Assembly: GCA_043804515.1 (NCBI GenBank)
Contig: JAZDIZ010000003.1
Span: 1 to 41,137, forward strand
DNA: 41,137 nt
Origin: Pseudomonadota bacterium
Lineage (GTDB): Bacteria; Bdellovibrionota_G; JALEGL01; DATDPG01
Direction: 5' to 3'
The position numbers and the translations under genes are program-made. This document shows, piece by piece, positions 9,688 to 18,235 of the stretch (its first letter is position 1; each line of letters begins with the position of its first letter). The notes beneath the pieces are model-generated. The model did not search any database. It worked only from the letters and a program-made list of their open reading frames with translations, and was not told the origin of the DNA.

Positions 9688-9726
9688 TATATAGGAACCT
9701 GCTTGACGCCTGTCAACGGCGTCAAG
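9688..9726 (-). promoter_or_regulatory. Sigma70-type promoter (leaderless) with inverted repeat around the -35
   Basis: TTGACA-N17-TATATA ends 6 nt before ATG 9681; CTTGACGCC-N7-GGCGTCAAG (9702-9726) brackets the -35. Confidence 0.65.
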
Positions 9727-9827
9727 ACCGGGAGATGGGGCGCGTGATTCCGGACGGAAAACCGATCGAAGGCGTTCAAAGCGGACCGGAAATTTTCCTC
9801 TTCACATTCACGTTCGGATAAGGTCCT

Positions 9828-10232
9828 ATGTGCGCCGGTTTGAAGCGCAGAAAAACAAGCCCTGTCCGGACGATCAAGAACGCGCTTGTGCACGGCGACG
9901 TTCCCACGAAGAAGGGGGACGTCGGCAAACTCGTTTACGCATGGGTCCGAAAAATCCCGAAAGGGCGTGTGATGACGTACGGCCAGATCTCGGCCCTCCT
10001 TCGGCACCGGATCTCGGCGCGCGCCGTGGGTTGGATGATGCACAGCTCGCCGAAGGGTGTTCCGTGGCACCGGGTGGTGAACGCCACGGGAGGATGCTCG
10101 ACGGACCGGCTCCCCGATTTTCCGCTCGGCCTTCAGCGGCACCTGCTGGAACAAGAGAGGATCGTCTTCGGAAAAGACGGGACGATGGAATTGCAACGCT
10201 ACCGTTGGATTCCGCCGACAGATGCTTCCTGA
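9828..10232 (+). CDS. Alkyltransferase-like protein (ATL/YbaZ, MGMT family)
   Basis: IPKGRVMTYGQIS...ARAVG...PWHRVV (Trp replaces the catalytic Cys)...QRHLLEQE. Start may be 9840 or 9888. 3' end overlaps the convergent PAP2 gene. Confidence 0.88.
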   Translation: MCAGLKRRKTSPVRTIKNALVHGDVPTKKGDVGKLVYAWVRKIPKGRVMTYGQISALLRHRISARAVGWMMHSSPKGVPWHRVVNATGGCSTDRLPDFPLGLQRHLLEQERIVFGKDGTMELQRYRWIPPTDAS

Positions 10233-11131
10233 GCAGACTTGCGTCGTTTGAGTTCCGGAACAGCGAACAAGAGACCTACAAGGATTCCGATTGGAACGTC
10301 CACGACATAATGCGCGCGAAGGTACACGACGGCCGGAACCATCAAAATCGTCACAATCAGCATGAACGGAAAGAGCCGCGGCGCGAAACGGCGCGCATAC
10401 AGGGTCTGCAGGACCGCCACGGCCAGATGGGAGGAGGGAAAGGCACCGGTGGCGACTTCTCCGCGTGACGTGAAAAAGAAAATGACGTGATTGAAGATCC
10501 AGCCCGAGGAGAGTTCCGGGCCGTGGTACGGCGCGAACCAATAGAACGGGCCGACGACGGGGAACAGCCAGAAGAAGGTGTAACAAGCGAAAAAGCAGAG
10601 GGCCGTCGCCGTGACTACGCGCTCGGCCGCCTCATATCCCCGGTTGAAAAGAACCGTGAGGATGAGAATCGGCGTGAAGCAGTAATAAGCGAAATATGCG
10701 AACGATAAGAGTTCTCCGGCCCAGGCATTCGGCAGGAATGGAGCGAAACGAAGAGCCGGCTGAAAACCGAAGATGCATTCCTCCAGACCCGCCACCCAGG
10801 GATCGAAAGCGCCACCGTGAAGCGCGGGCCAAAGCGCCCCCGTCTGGCGGTAAAAAAAGAGAAACATGATTGGTGCGTACGCGAGCCGAAGGAAAATCAG
10901 GGGCCTGTTACGAGACCGCCGCGATAAACGACAGAGCAGAGCGATGCTCGCCAGGATCGCCGCGTTGGCAAACAATTGGCCGACGCAACCGGGAATACCG
11001 CGGGCCGCTCCGATACCGGCCGGTACGGAGGCGAGAAGGGTGTACGCCACGACGAGGCGATCTACCCATCGCAACGCCCCCAACGGCTTGGTCAGGCCGA
11101 ACGGCCGTTCCGGATTCTCAGAGCCAGCCAT
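10199..11131 (-). CDS. PAP2-superfamily polytopic membrane phosphotransferase, Aur1/inositol-phosphoceramide-synthase-like
   Basis: About 8 TM segments; FPVVGP, GAFPSSH and AHYVVD motifs. Start overlaps the stop of the upstream SDR by 14 bp. Confidence 0.8.
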   Translation of the reverse strand: MAGSENPERPFGLTKPLGALRWVDRLVVAYTLLASVPAGIGAARGIPGCVGQLFANAAILASIALLCRLSRRSRNRPLIFLRLAYAPIMFLFFYRQTGALWPALHGGAFDPWVAGLEECIFGFQPALRFAPFLPNAWAGELLSFAYFAYYCFTPILILTVLFNRGYEAAERVVTATALCFFACYTFFWLFPVVGPFYWFAPYHGPELSSGWIFNHVIFFFTSRGEVATGAFPSSHLAVAVLQTLYARRFAPRLFPFMLIVTILMVPAVVYLRAHYVVDVPIGILVGLLFAVPELKRRKSAQEASVGGIQR

Positions 11132-12098
11132 GCTCCCCGTACCATAGCGCGGTCCGCCGGAGAGCTTCCTGGATCGGCGTGGCGGCGTGCCAGTCCAACT
11201 CACGTGCCGCCTTCGCCGGACTGCAGGTCCATGCGGCCTGACGCATTTCAAGCACCTTTTGCGAGCTGAACATCTGCGGCGTTCCTTTAACCCGGGCCAG
11301 GACATCGGCGAGCTTTCCGGCCGCCGCGACGGCGAGATCCGGAACCCGCAGGATATGGCCACGGGCGCCCACGGCCTTGGCGATCATCCTTGCCAACTGT
11401 GCCCAAGTGACGATCTCCTGTGCACAGAGATAATACGTGTGGCCGCGCGCCCGCTCCGTTTCGGCGGCGCGCACGATCCCGTCGGCCAGATCGGGAGCGA
11501 ATACTATCGAGTAGTGGCGATCCCGAAATCCCAATACGGGAAGAAATCCACGCCTAGCGATCCTGAAGTACCTGTAGAGATCGCGTTCCCGCGGACCCAG
11601 GACGACGGGTGGGCGGATGATGGTCCACGGGAGATTCGCGATGGAACGAACGGCCTCCTCGCCGGCCAGCTTGCTGCGGCCGTACCAACTGATGGGCCGC
11701 GAAGGGGACTTCTCGGTCACCGGGAGCAGGCCCCCAGGGCTCGGGCCGGCCGCGGCCAGGCTGGAAACAAGAATAAATCTTGAGAGGCGAGGCGCGTGAC
11801 GCGTGCAAGCATCGGCAAGCGACCGCGTTCCGTCCACGTTGACCCGGACGAAATCGCTTTCGCAAAATCCCTTCAGGACACCGGCCAGGTGAAAGACCCA
11901 ATCACACCCTTCCACGGCTGCGGGAAGACTTTCGGGGTTCAGTAGATCGCCCCGCACGACTTCTACCGGGAGGCCTTCAAGGTTCTTGAGATCGCTTCCG
12001 TTTCGCGCCAGAACACGCACGCGATGGCCCGCCGTGACCAGCCGCTCGCAGACGTGCGATCCTATGAAACCGTGTCCTCCTGTAACGAGAGCCTGCAT
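11118..12098 (-). CDS. NAD(P)-dependent epimerase/dehydratase-family SDR; candidate ceramide/3-keto reductase (CerR-like)
   Basis: TGGHGFIG Rossmann motif, VSS, YGRSK catalytic motif; in operon with spt. Confidence 0.85.
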   Translation of the reverse strand: MQALVTGGHGFIGSHVCERLVTAGHRVRVLARNGSDLKNLEGLPVEVVRGDLLNPESLPAAVEGCDWVFHLAGVLKGFCESDFVRVNVDGTRSLADACTRHAPRLSRFILVSSLAAAGPSPGGLLPVTEKSPSRPISWYGRSKLAGEEAVRSIANLPWTIIRPPVVLGPRERDLYRYFRIARRGFLPVLGFRDRHYSIVFAPDLADGIVRAAETERARGHTYYLCAQEIVTWAQLARMIAKAVGARGHILRVPDLAVAAAGKLADVLARVKGTPQMFSSQKVLEMRQAAWTCSPAKAARELDWHAATPIQEALRRTALWYGEHGWL

Positions 12099-12112
12099 TG
12101 TTTTCCTTCCGA

Positions 12113-13243
12113 TCAGAGCCGGCGGTCGTACACCCGGTAGACTTTCGTTCGCCGGGCGTCGACATGCCGGAGCGGGCGTAGCATCGCCTCATTGTCCTCC
12201 AGGATCCAGCCGACTTCCGCGTGCGGGTAACCGATCCTGATGCCGTCTTCGATGATCCTATGGATAAAGACGGCGTGGATCCCGAGCCGCCGGTATTTCG
12301 GCAGGATACCGAGAGCCATGACACGCAGCCTGCTGCATCGGCTCACTTTGACCTTCCACAGCAGCTTGAGCAGCCCGAAGGGGAACAGCTTACCTTTGGC
12401 GAGCTTCAGCGCCTCGTTGGCATCGGGAACGGCGATGACGATGCCTGCGGGCTCGCCGTTCACCTCTCCCACGAACGCCAGGCGCGGATCCACAAGCGGC
12501 TTGAGCTCCCGGGCGATCGTTTCCATCTCGCGGTCCGTCCACGGGACAAAACCCCAGTTCTTTGCCCATGCCTCGTTGTAACAGCGGCGGACGAATGCGA
12601 TTTCCTCCGTCCAGCGCTTCAAATTGACGGGACGCAGTTTCACGTGTCCCCGTTTAAGAATCTCGCCGACAGTGCGATCGAGTTGTTCGCGATACGCGCC
12701 GCTCGCCACATCGAAGGCATAAAGATCCTTAACTTTGGCCAGGCCGAACGACTCGAATTGCGCAGCGTAGTAAGGCGGATTGTACGGCATGAGGAGCGCA
12801 GGGTCCTCGTCAAAGCCCTCCACGAGGAGGCCGAGGACGTCGTTCGTGGTCAGGTTCGCCGGCCCCCGCATGGTCCGAAGGCCCTCCCGTGAAAGCCATT
12901 CGGCGGCGGCGGAGAGAAGTGCGCGCGAAGTATCCGGGTCGTTCTCGGACTCGTAGAGGCCGAAGAACCCGACATCCTTTTCATCGGGGTGGAACTCGCG
13001 AAAACGGTCGTTCCGGATCGCGGCAATCGTTCCCACGACGCGCCCCTCCCGGCGGGCCAGAAAAGGCTGGACCGCTGCGTATTCAAAAACGGGGTTCTTT
13101 CGGGCATTCAGGAAATCCCGGCGTTCGGTGAGGAGGGGAGGCACCCAGTGCGGATACCCCCGGTAAAGGGCGAAGGGAAAACGGATGAACGCTTCGGTGT
13201 CGGCCGGTCCGGTGACCGGCTCTACGGTCACACGCCCCGCCAT
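12113..13243 (-). CDS. GNAT-fold acyltransferase; candidate bacterial ceramide synthase (bCerS-like)
   Basis: WVPPL, GFFGLYE, MRGP, GLLVEGF, MPYNPPYY, NWGFVP, WILEDN..M, KVYRVY pattern of the GNAT family found beside spt; 4 bp downstream of spt. Confidence 0.78.
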   Translation of the reverse strand: MAGRVTVEPVTGPADTEAFIRFPFALYRGYPHWVPPLLTERRDFLNARKNPVFEYAAVQPFLARREGRVVGTIAAIRNDRFREFHPDEKDVGFFGLYESENDPDTSRALLSAAAEWLSREGLRTMRGPANLTTNDVLGLLVEGFDEDPALLMPYNPPYYAAQFESFGLAKVKDLYAFDVASGAYREQLDRTVGEILKRGHVKLRPVNLKRWTEEIAFVRRCYNEAWAKNWGFVPWTDREMETIARELKPLVDPRLAFVGEVNGEPAGIVIAVPDANEALKLAKGKLFPFGLLKLLWKVKVSRCSRLRVMALGILPKYRRLGIHAVFIHRIIEDGIRIGYPHAEVGWILEDNEAMLRPLRHVDARRTKVYRVYDRRL

Positions 13244-13247
13244 ACGC

Positions 13248-14462
13248 TCACTTGAGGACTTTGAACTTCCGTCCGGCTTGTTCGAGTTTGGTCAGGGCCC
13301 AGGTGAGCTGGGTCCGGGTGTGGCCGGCCGTGACCGAGATCCGGATGAGAGAGCGCGTGGGAGGGACCGCGGGGGATACGATCGGATTGATGAAAATTCC
13401 CTCGTCATGCAGCCAACGCCACATCTGGAAGCAGCACTCCATGCCCCCCACGACTATCGGGATGATGGGCGTCTCGGATTCAGCCGTGTCGAAGCCGAGT
13501 TTGTCCAAACCCTGCTTCATGAACCGGGCGTTCTCCCAGACCCGTTCGATCCGTTCCGGCTCCATCTCCATGATGTCCAGAGCGGCCAGAACGGCCGCCA
13601 CGCTGGCCGGAGAAGCCGAAGCCGAGAAGATAAACGGGCGGGAATGGTGTTTGAGATAATTAATAACCCTCTCGGTGGAGGCGATAAAGCCCCCGATCGC
13701 GGCAAGCGATTTAGAGAACGTCCCCATGATGAGATCCACCGAGTCGGTGAGGCCGAAATGGGCGGCCGTTCCCGCGCCGCCGGGGCCCAGGATGCCGATC
13801 GAGTGGGCGTCGTCCACCATCACCTGGGCGTTGTACCGCCCTGCCAGCTTCGTGATTTCCAGAAGGCGACAAATATCGCCTTCCATCGAGAAAACGCCGT
13901 CCGTCACGATAAGTTTGTTCGCGTCTTCCGGCAGTTCCTCCAGTTTGCGCTCCAAATTCTCCATGTCGTTGTGTTCGTAACGGACCATGGTGCCTTGGGA
14001 GAGCTGCGCGCCGTCCACGATGCAGGCGTGGTTGAATTTGTCCGAAAGGATGTACTCGCCGCGCTGAACCAGGCAGGCGATCACACCCGTGTTGGTTTGG
14101 AAACCGGTGCTGTAGACGAGCGCCGCCTCCTTCCCGACGAGCTTTGCAAGACGCTCTTCAAGTTCAAGGTGGATCGGAAGCGTTCCGTTGAGGAACCTGG
14201 ATCCTGCGCATCCCGTTCCGTACTTTCGGACGGCTTCGATCGCCCTCTCCTTGACCTTGGGGTGGCTGGTCAGCTCCAAATAGGAGTTGGAGCCGAGCAT
14301 AAGCATCTTCCGCCCTTCGACGACGACCTCGGTATCCTGCCCGCTTTCGATCACGCGGAAATAGGGATACCAGCCGAGCGGTTTGATCTCGTCCGCCTTG
14401 GTGAAGCGAAGGCATTTTTCGAAGAGACCCGAACGCTCCGGTGCAGCGGCGGGCTCGGACAT
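13248..14462 (-). CDS. spt: Serine palmitoyltransferase (alpha-oxoamine synthase family)
   Basis: YPYFR, GSNSYL, GSRFLNGT, DGVFSMEGD, DDAH and PLP-lysine motif MGTFSKS (SPT-type rather than the GTLGKA type of BioF/KBL). Alternative start 14498. Confidence 0.85.
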   Translation of the reverse strand: MSEPAAAPERSGLFEKCLRFTKADEIKPLGWYPYFRVIESGQDTEVVVEGRKMLMLGSNSYLELTSHPKVKERAIEAVRKYGTGCAGSRFLNGTLPIHLELEERLAKLVGKEAALVYSTGFQTNTGVIACLVQRGEYILSDKFNHACIVDGAQLSQGTMVRYEHNDMENLERKLEELPEDANKLIVTDGVFSMEGDICRLLEITKLAGRYNAQVMVDDAHSIGILGPGGAGTAAHFGLTDSVDLIMGTFSKSLAAIGGFIASTERVINYLKHHSRPFIFSASASPASVAAVLAALDIMEMEPERIERVWENARFMKQGLDKLGFDTAESETPIIPIVVGGMECCFQMWRWLHDEGIFINPIVSPAVPPTRSLIRISVTAGHTRTQLTWALTKLEQAGRKFKVLK

Positions 14463-14719
14463 CAATTTGGCCTCTTTCTGGGGCCTGAGCATGGGCATCA
14501 ACGAACCTCTGCGAACAGGTTTAAAAGATTGCTGATATTACACTCCGGCGTTATTCGCAACAAACACAATGCTTTGGTTCACTTGCGAACGCGTATCGCG
14601 GCAACAACGCCCAAACATGAGAAGGAACTAAAGCGGAACCGCGTTTCTTCCCGTTCGGATGATTTGCGGCGGCATCTTCTATTATTTGGGATTCACATTG
14701 GACTCGAGCGAACTCGATA

Positions 14720-14742
14720 GCGCCGGGGACAGTCCCCGGCGC
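14720..14742. repeat. Perfect palindrome GCGCCGGGGAC-A-GTCCCCGGCGC
   Basis: 11-bp arms, 1-nt spacer, in a divergent intergenic region. Confidence 0.7.
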
Positions 14743-14800
14743 CCGGTCACCGGCCTCTCTTATGTTGTCGAAATCGCTGGATTAGTAGGCCGCCGGATTT

Positions 14801-14829
14801 TTGACCCTCCGCGGTTTTGAGAATAGAGT
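14801..14829 (+). promoter_or_regulatory. Sigma70-type promoter of the DRTGG/kinase/Stn operon
   Basis: TTGACC-N17-TAGAGT, 10 nt before ATG 14840, which has no SD. Confidence 0.55.
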
Positions 14830-14839
14830 CTGGCCGCCC

Positions 14840-15376
14840 ATGAGCGAGCAGAGCGGTTCATATCGGTATGAGAGGGTGAATGTGCGGCCCGGCTACGTCA
14901 CAATCGAGAAAGGGCGGTTTGGCGGGAAACTGCGGGCCTTTTTCTCGGAGGGACCTTCCCCGGCCCGGGAGGAATACCGGGAGGGCAACGAGGAGTGGAG
15001 GCACGTGGCGGACGCTCAGTCGGTGCGCTTTGATCTGAAAGACACCCGTACGGGCGAAATCATCAAGCTCGACGAACTGTTAGGCCTTCTCTATTACGCA
15101 GGCGCTAAGCCGGACAGCGACCTCTACCGTCTGGGGGAACTGGCGCAGGAGAGGAATATCCACGTTTACGTGGCGATCCCCTGCGATATGGGGACGAAGG
15201 ACAGGGAGAATCTGCCGCTCCAGAAACTCTCCGCATTGAATTTCGCGTTCAACGAGCGGCTGAAAACCCGGGAAAAGATGATCTTGATCCTACCGGATTA
15301 TTTCGGCCTATATCAGGATCTTACCTACGGCGAGATCATGATCGACTTCAACCTGACATCCGTGGAGGCTAAGTGA
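14840..15376 (+). CDS. Hypothetical cytoplasmic protein, first gene of operon
   Basis: 178-aa frame with normal codon pattern; stop abuts the next gene's start. Confidence 0.75.
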   Translation: MSEQSGSYRYERVNVRPGYVTIEKGRFGGKLRAFFSEGPSPAREEYREGNEEWRHVADAQSVRFDLKDTRTGEIIKLDELLGLLYYAGAKPDSDLYRLGELAQERNIHVYVAIPCDMGTKDRENLPLQKLSALNFAFNERLKTREKMILILPDYFGLYQDLTYGEIMIDFNLTSVEAK

Positions 15377-15378
15377 CC

Positions 15379-15711
15379 ATGAAACTGAACGAAATCGCAG
15401 GGAAGCTGGAGCTGAAACCGGTGACGAAGAAGCTTTCGGAGGCCGACGTTACCGGAGTTTATATCTCCGACATGTTGAGCGACGTGATTGCGAACGCGAA
15501 GGCGGGAAATATCCTGGTGACGATCCAGGTGCATGCGAACGTGATCGCAGCCGCGAATTTGGTCGACATCTGCGGGATCGTCGTGACGCAGGGGAAGGAA
15601 CCCACACCCGATGTCGTGAAGCTCGCCGAGAAGAACAACATCGCCGTCTACCTTACGGATCTGAACCGGTGGCAGGTGGCCACCAAGCTCTACGAGGCCG
15701 GCGTGCGATGA
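15379..15711 (+). CDS. DRTGG-domain protein (HPr-kinase N-terminal-like)
   Basis: GVYISDMLSDV...ILVTIQVHANVIAAA...GIVVTQG; ATGA overlap with next gene. Confidence 0.85.
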   Translation: MKLNEIAGKLELKPVTKKLSEADVTGVYISDMLSDVIANAKAGNILVTIQVHANVIAAANLVDICGIVVTQGKEPTPDVVKLAEKNNIAVYLTDLNRWQVATKLYEAGVR

Positions 15712-16097
15712 TCGAGCGCCGCCGGGAGGGGGGGGCGGCTTTTCCGCTCGGCCTGAAGAAGCTCGTCAAGCTTCTCGATGGCGAGATCATTTGGGGAGCG
15801 AAGCTTATATCCGAAGCCGAGGTGAGCGGCTGCTTCGCTGCGGACCTGATGAGCGACGTCCTGGCGTTCTCGAGGCCGGGATCGCTTCTTTTGACGGGGC
15901 TCACGTCGGTACAAGCGGTGCACACGGCCGACGTGGCGGAGCTGAAGGGAATCGTCTTCGTGTCGGGCAAAAAGCCGCCGGAGGCCGTTGTGGAGCTTGC
16001 ACGGAAGAAAGAGATTCCGCTTGTTCGGACGCGGCACGGCTTGTTCGACGCGTGTGGAATCCTGGCGAAAGCCGGCATCCGGGCTTCGATGAAGTGA
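15708..16097 (+). CDS. DRTGG-domain protein
   Basis: FAADLMSDVL...LLLTGLT...TADVAE...IVFVSGKKP; GTGA overlap with next gene. Confidence 0.85.
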   Translation: MIERRREGGAAFPLGLKKLVKLLDGEIIWGAKLISEAEVSGCFAADLMSDVLAFSRPGSLLLTGLTSVQAVHTADVAELKGIVFVSGKKPPEAVVELARKKEIPLVRTRHGLFDACGILAKAGIRASMK

Positions 16098-16537
16098 CGA
16101 CGAGCGGAAACAGCGAGGTTCTGTTCACGGAGAGTTTCGTGATTGTGGGCAATGACTATGAACACGGAGGGGAAGTGGCCACGCGAGTGAAGGTGATCAT
16201 GAAGGAGTTGGGGATCGACCCTTCCGTGATCCGCCGGGTTTCGATCGCGAACTTCGAGGCTGAGATGAACGTCATCATGTACGCCCGGGAGGGGAAATTT
16301 GAATTCTACGTCACGCCGGGCAAGGTCGAGGTGGTTTTGGCCGACCGGGGCCAGGGGATTCCGGACATCCCTCTCGCCATGCAGGAGGGATACTCCACGG
16401 CCACGCCCGAAATGCGGGCACGCGGGTTCGGGGCGGGTTTGGGGCTTCCGAACATCAAGAGAAACACCGATGAATTCGAAATTGAATCTTCGGTGGGGAG
16501 CGGGACCACACTTCGTTACAGCGTCCGCCTAACGTAG
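16094..16537 (+). CDS. Anti-sigma-factor-type Ser/Thr kinase (RsbT/HATPase_c)
   Basis: EAEMNV (N box), DRGQGIPDI (G1), AMQEGYSTA, GFGAGLGLPNIK (G2), GTT. Confidence 0.9.
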   Translation: MTTSGNSEVLFTESFVIVGNDYEHGGEVATRVKVIMKELGIDPSVIRRVSIANFEAEMNVIMYAREGKFEFYVTPGKVEVVLADRGQGIPDIPLAMQEGYSTATPEMRARGFGAGLGLPNIKRNTDEFEIESSVGSGTTLRYSVRLT

Positions 16538-16554
16538 ATATAGGAGTTGTTTCG

Positions 16555-17823
16555 ATGGGCATTCGGGAACATTCGATCACGATCGACAAGGCCAAGTGCG
16601 TGGCCTGCGTGGAATGCTGCAAGGCCTGCCCCACGAAGGCCATTCGGGTGCGGGACCGGTTGGCTCTCATCGATGCTGACCTGTGCATCGACTGCGGCGA
16701 GTGCGTGCGCGCATGCCCCTACGAAGCCGTCCGCCCGATGATGTCGTCCCGCTCGGACCTGGGCCGTTTCAAATACAAAGTCGCCATGCCTTCGCTGACC
16801 GTGTACGCGCAATTCGGCCACGAGGTTCACCCCGGCCAGATTCTGGAGGGGCTCAAGCATCTCGGGTTCGACGATACGTACGATATTTCGTGGATGTGCG
16901 AGATGATCGGCGGCGCCACCGACGCGCATCTCTCCGAGAGCAAGGGGCCGTGGCCGAAAATATCGGTTACATGTCCGGCGATCCTGCGCCTGATCCAGAT
17001 CCGATATCCGGATCTGGTGGCGCACGTGGTCCCGATCGAGACCGCCCGGGAGCTTTCCGCGAAGCTGTTGAGGCGCAAGCTGGTCAACGACCTTCATCTG
17101 GATCCGAAGGAAATCGGCATCTTTTTCATCACGCCCTGCACAGCCATCATGAACTCGATCGTGGCCCCGGTCGGGATCGGAGAGTCGTATCTGGACGGGG
17201 CCCTGTCGATCGCGGAAATCTACGGCCCGCTTCGGGATGCGATCGCGCGGGTTCCGCGGACGAAGAACACCGCGGAGTTGAGCCCGAAAGGGCTGCTTTG
17301 GGCGATGGCGGGAGGCGAGATCGCCGGCATGCGCAACGCCAACACGATGACCGTCCGGGGTTTGCAGGACATCCAGTTCGTTTTCGACCGGATCGAATCG
17401 GGCCGGTTCGCGGGCGTGGATTTCATCGAGGCGTACATTTGTCCCGACGGATGCGTGAACGGTCCGCTGACCGTCGAGGGACGCTATGCCGCGCATCGCA
17501 CGATCCAGCGGCTCGCGAAGGAATTGGGGTCGTGCGCGCCGGTAAAAGAGGAAAAAGTTAGGGCTCTCTTGAGGGAGCATTTCTTTGATTTCGAGGACGA
17601 GATCCGCGCCCGGGAGCTCAAAACGGCGGGCGGCGATTTGCGCGGCGCGGTCGCGCGCCGCAAGAAGCGGGAAGAAATCCTGAGCCGGCTCCCCCGCAAG
17701 AATTGCGCCGCGTGCGGCGCTCCGGATTGCCCCACGCTGGCGGAGGACATCGTCCGTAACGAGGCGAAGCTGGAGGACTGCGTGTTCGTCGAGCTGGAGA
17801 GACTTCGAAAGGAGAAGCTATGA
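16555..17823 (+). CDS. [FeFe]-hydrogenase-fold Fe-S protein (sensory group-like, degenerate H-cluster motifs)
   Basis: N-terminal 2x[4Fe-4S]; P1 ISVTCP, P2 ITPCTAIMNS, P3 EAYICPDGCVNG; C-terminal NCAACGAPDC...C FeS domain. Confidence 0.85.
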   Translation: MGIREHSITIDKAKCVACVECCKACPTKAIRVRDRLALIDADLCIDCGECVRACPYEAVRPMMSSRSDLGRFKYKVAMPSLTVYAQFGHEVHPGQILEGLKHLGFDDTYDISWMCEMIGGATDAHLSESKGPWPKISVTCPAILRLIQIRYPDLVAHVVPIETARELSAKLLRRKLVNDLHLDPKEIGIFFITPCTAIMNSIVAPVGIGESYLDGALSIAEIYGPLRDAIARVPRTKNTAELSPKGLLWAMAGGEIAGMRNANTMTVRGLQDIQFVFDRIESGRFAGVDFIEAYICPDGCVNGPLTVEGRYAAHRTIQRLAKELGSCAPVKEEKVRALLREHFFDFEDEIRARELKTAGGDLRGAVARRKKREEILSRLPRKNCAACGAPDCPTLAEDIVRNEAKLEDCVFVELERLRKEKL

Positions 17824-18221
17824 GCAAAGAAATGCTGGTGCTGGATCTGCGTTGCCCGCACTGCAAGGCTCCCTTGACCACGGGAACGAACGTGAAACTG
17901 GACGCCCACGTGAAGGACACACACCAGGACGGAGAGATCTTCCTGAGCGCGATCTTCGGCGACTATTCGCTCGAGACGGAATTGGAGATCAAGAACGGGG
18001 ACCTGGTGGAGTTTCGCTGCCCCAAGTGCGACATGAGCCTTCTGGTGGCGACCAGCTGCAAGCTCTGCCGGGCGCCCATGGCCTCGCTGAATATCAAGGA
18101 CCAGGGGTACATCGAGTTCTGCTCGCGCCGAGGATGCAAGGGCCACGCCCTGGGCGGCGTGGGCGACATCGATCAGATGATGCAGCTCATGAACAAGATG
18201 TTCGAGACGCCCTACGATTGA
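17820..18221 (+). CDS. Small Cys-rich metal-binding hypothetical protein
   Basis: CPHC, CPKC, CKLC, CSRRGC; ATGA overlap with upstream gene; SD AGGAG. Confidence 0.8.
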   Translation: MSKEMLVLDLRCPHCKAPLTTGTNVKLDAHVKDTHQDGEIFLSAIFGDYSLETELEIKNGDLVEFRCPKCDMSLLVATSCKLCRAPMASLNIKDQGYIEFCSRRGCKGHALGGVGDIDQMMQLMNKMFETPYD

Positions 18222-18235
18222 GGCAAGGAGAGGAA

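Noticed and set aside
13248..14462. BioF or 2-amino-3-ketobutyrate CoA ligase
   Set aside because: GTFSKS motif and lipid-gene context favour SPT; no bio or tdh genes adjacent.
13185..14720. 511-aa plus-strand ORF (likewise 21120-23111 minus and 33630-35270 minus)
   Set aside because: Shadow or alternate frames over spt, stnC and nfnAB; no recognisable domains.
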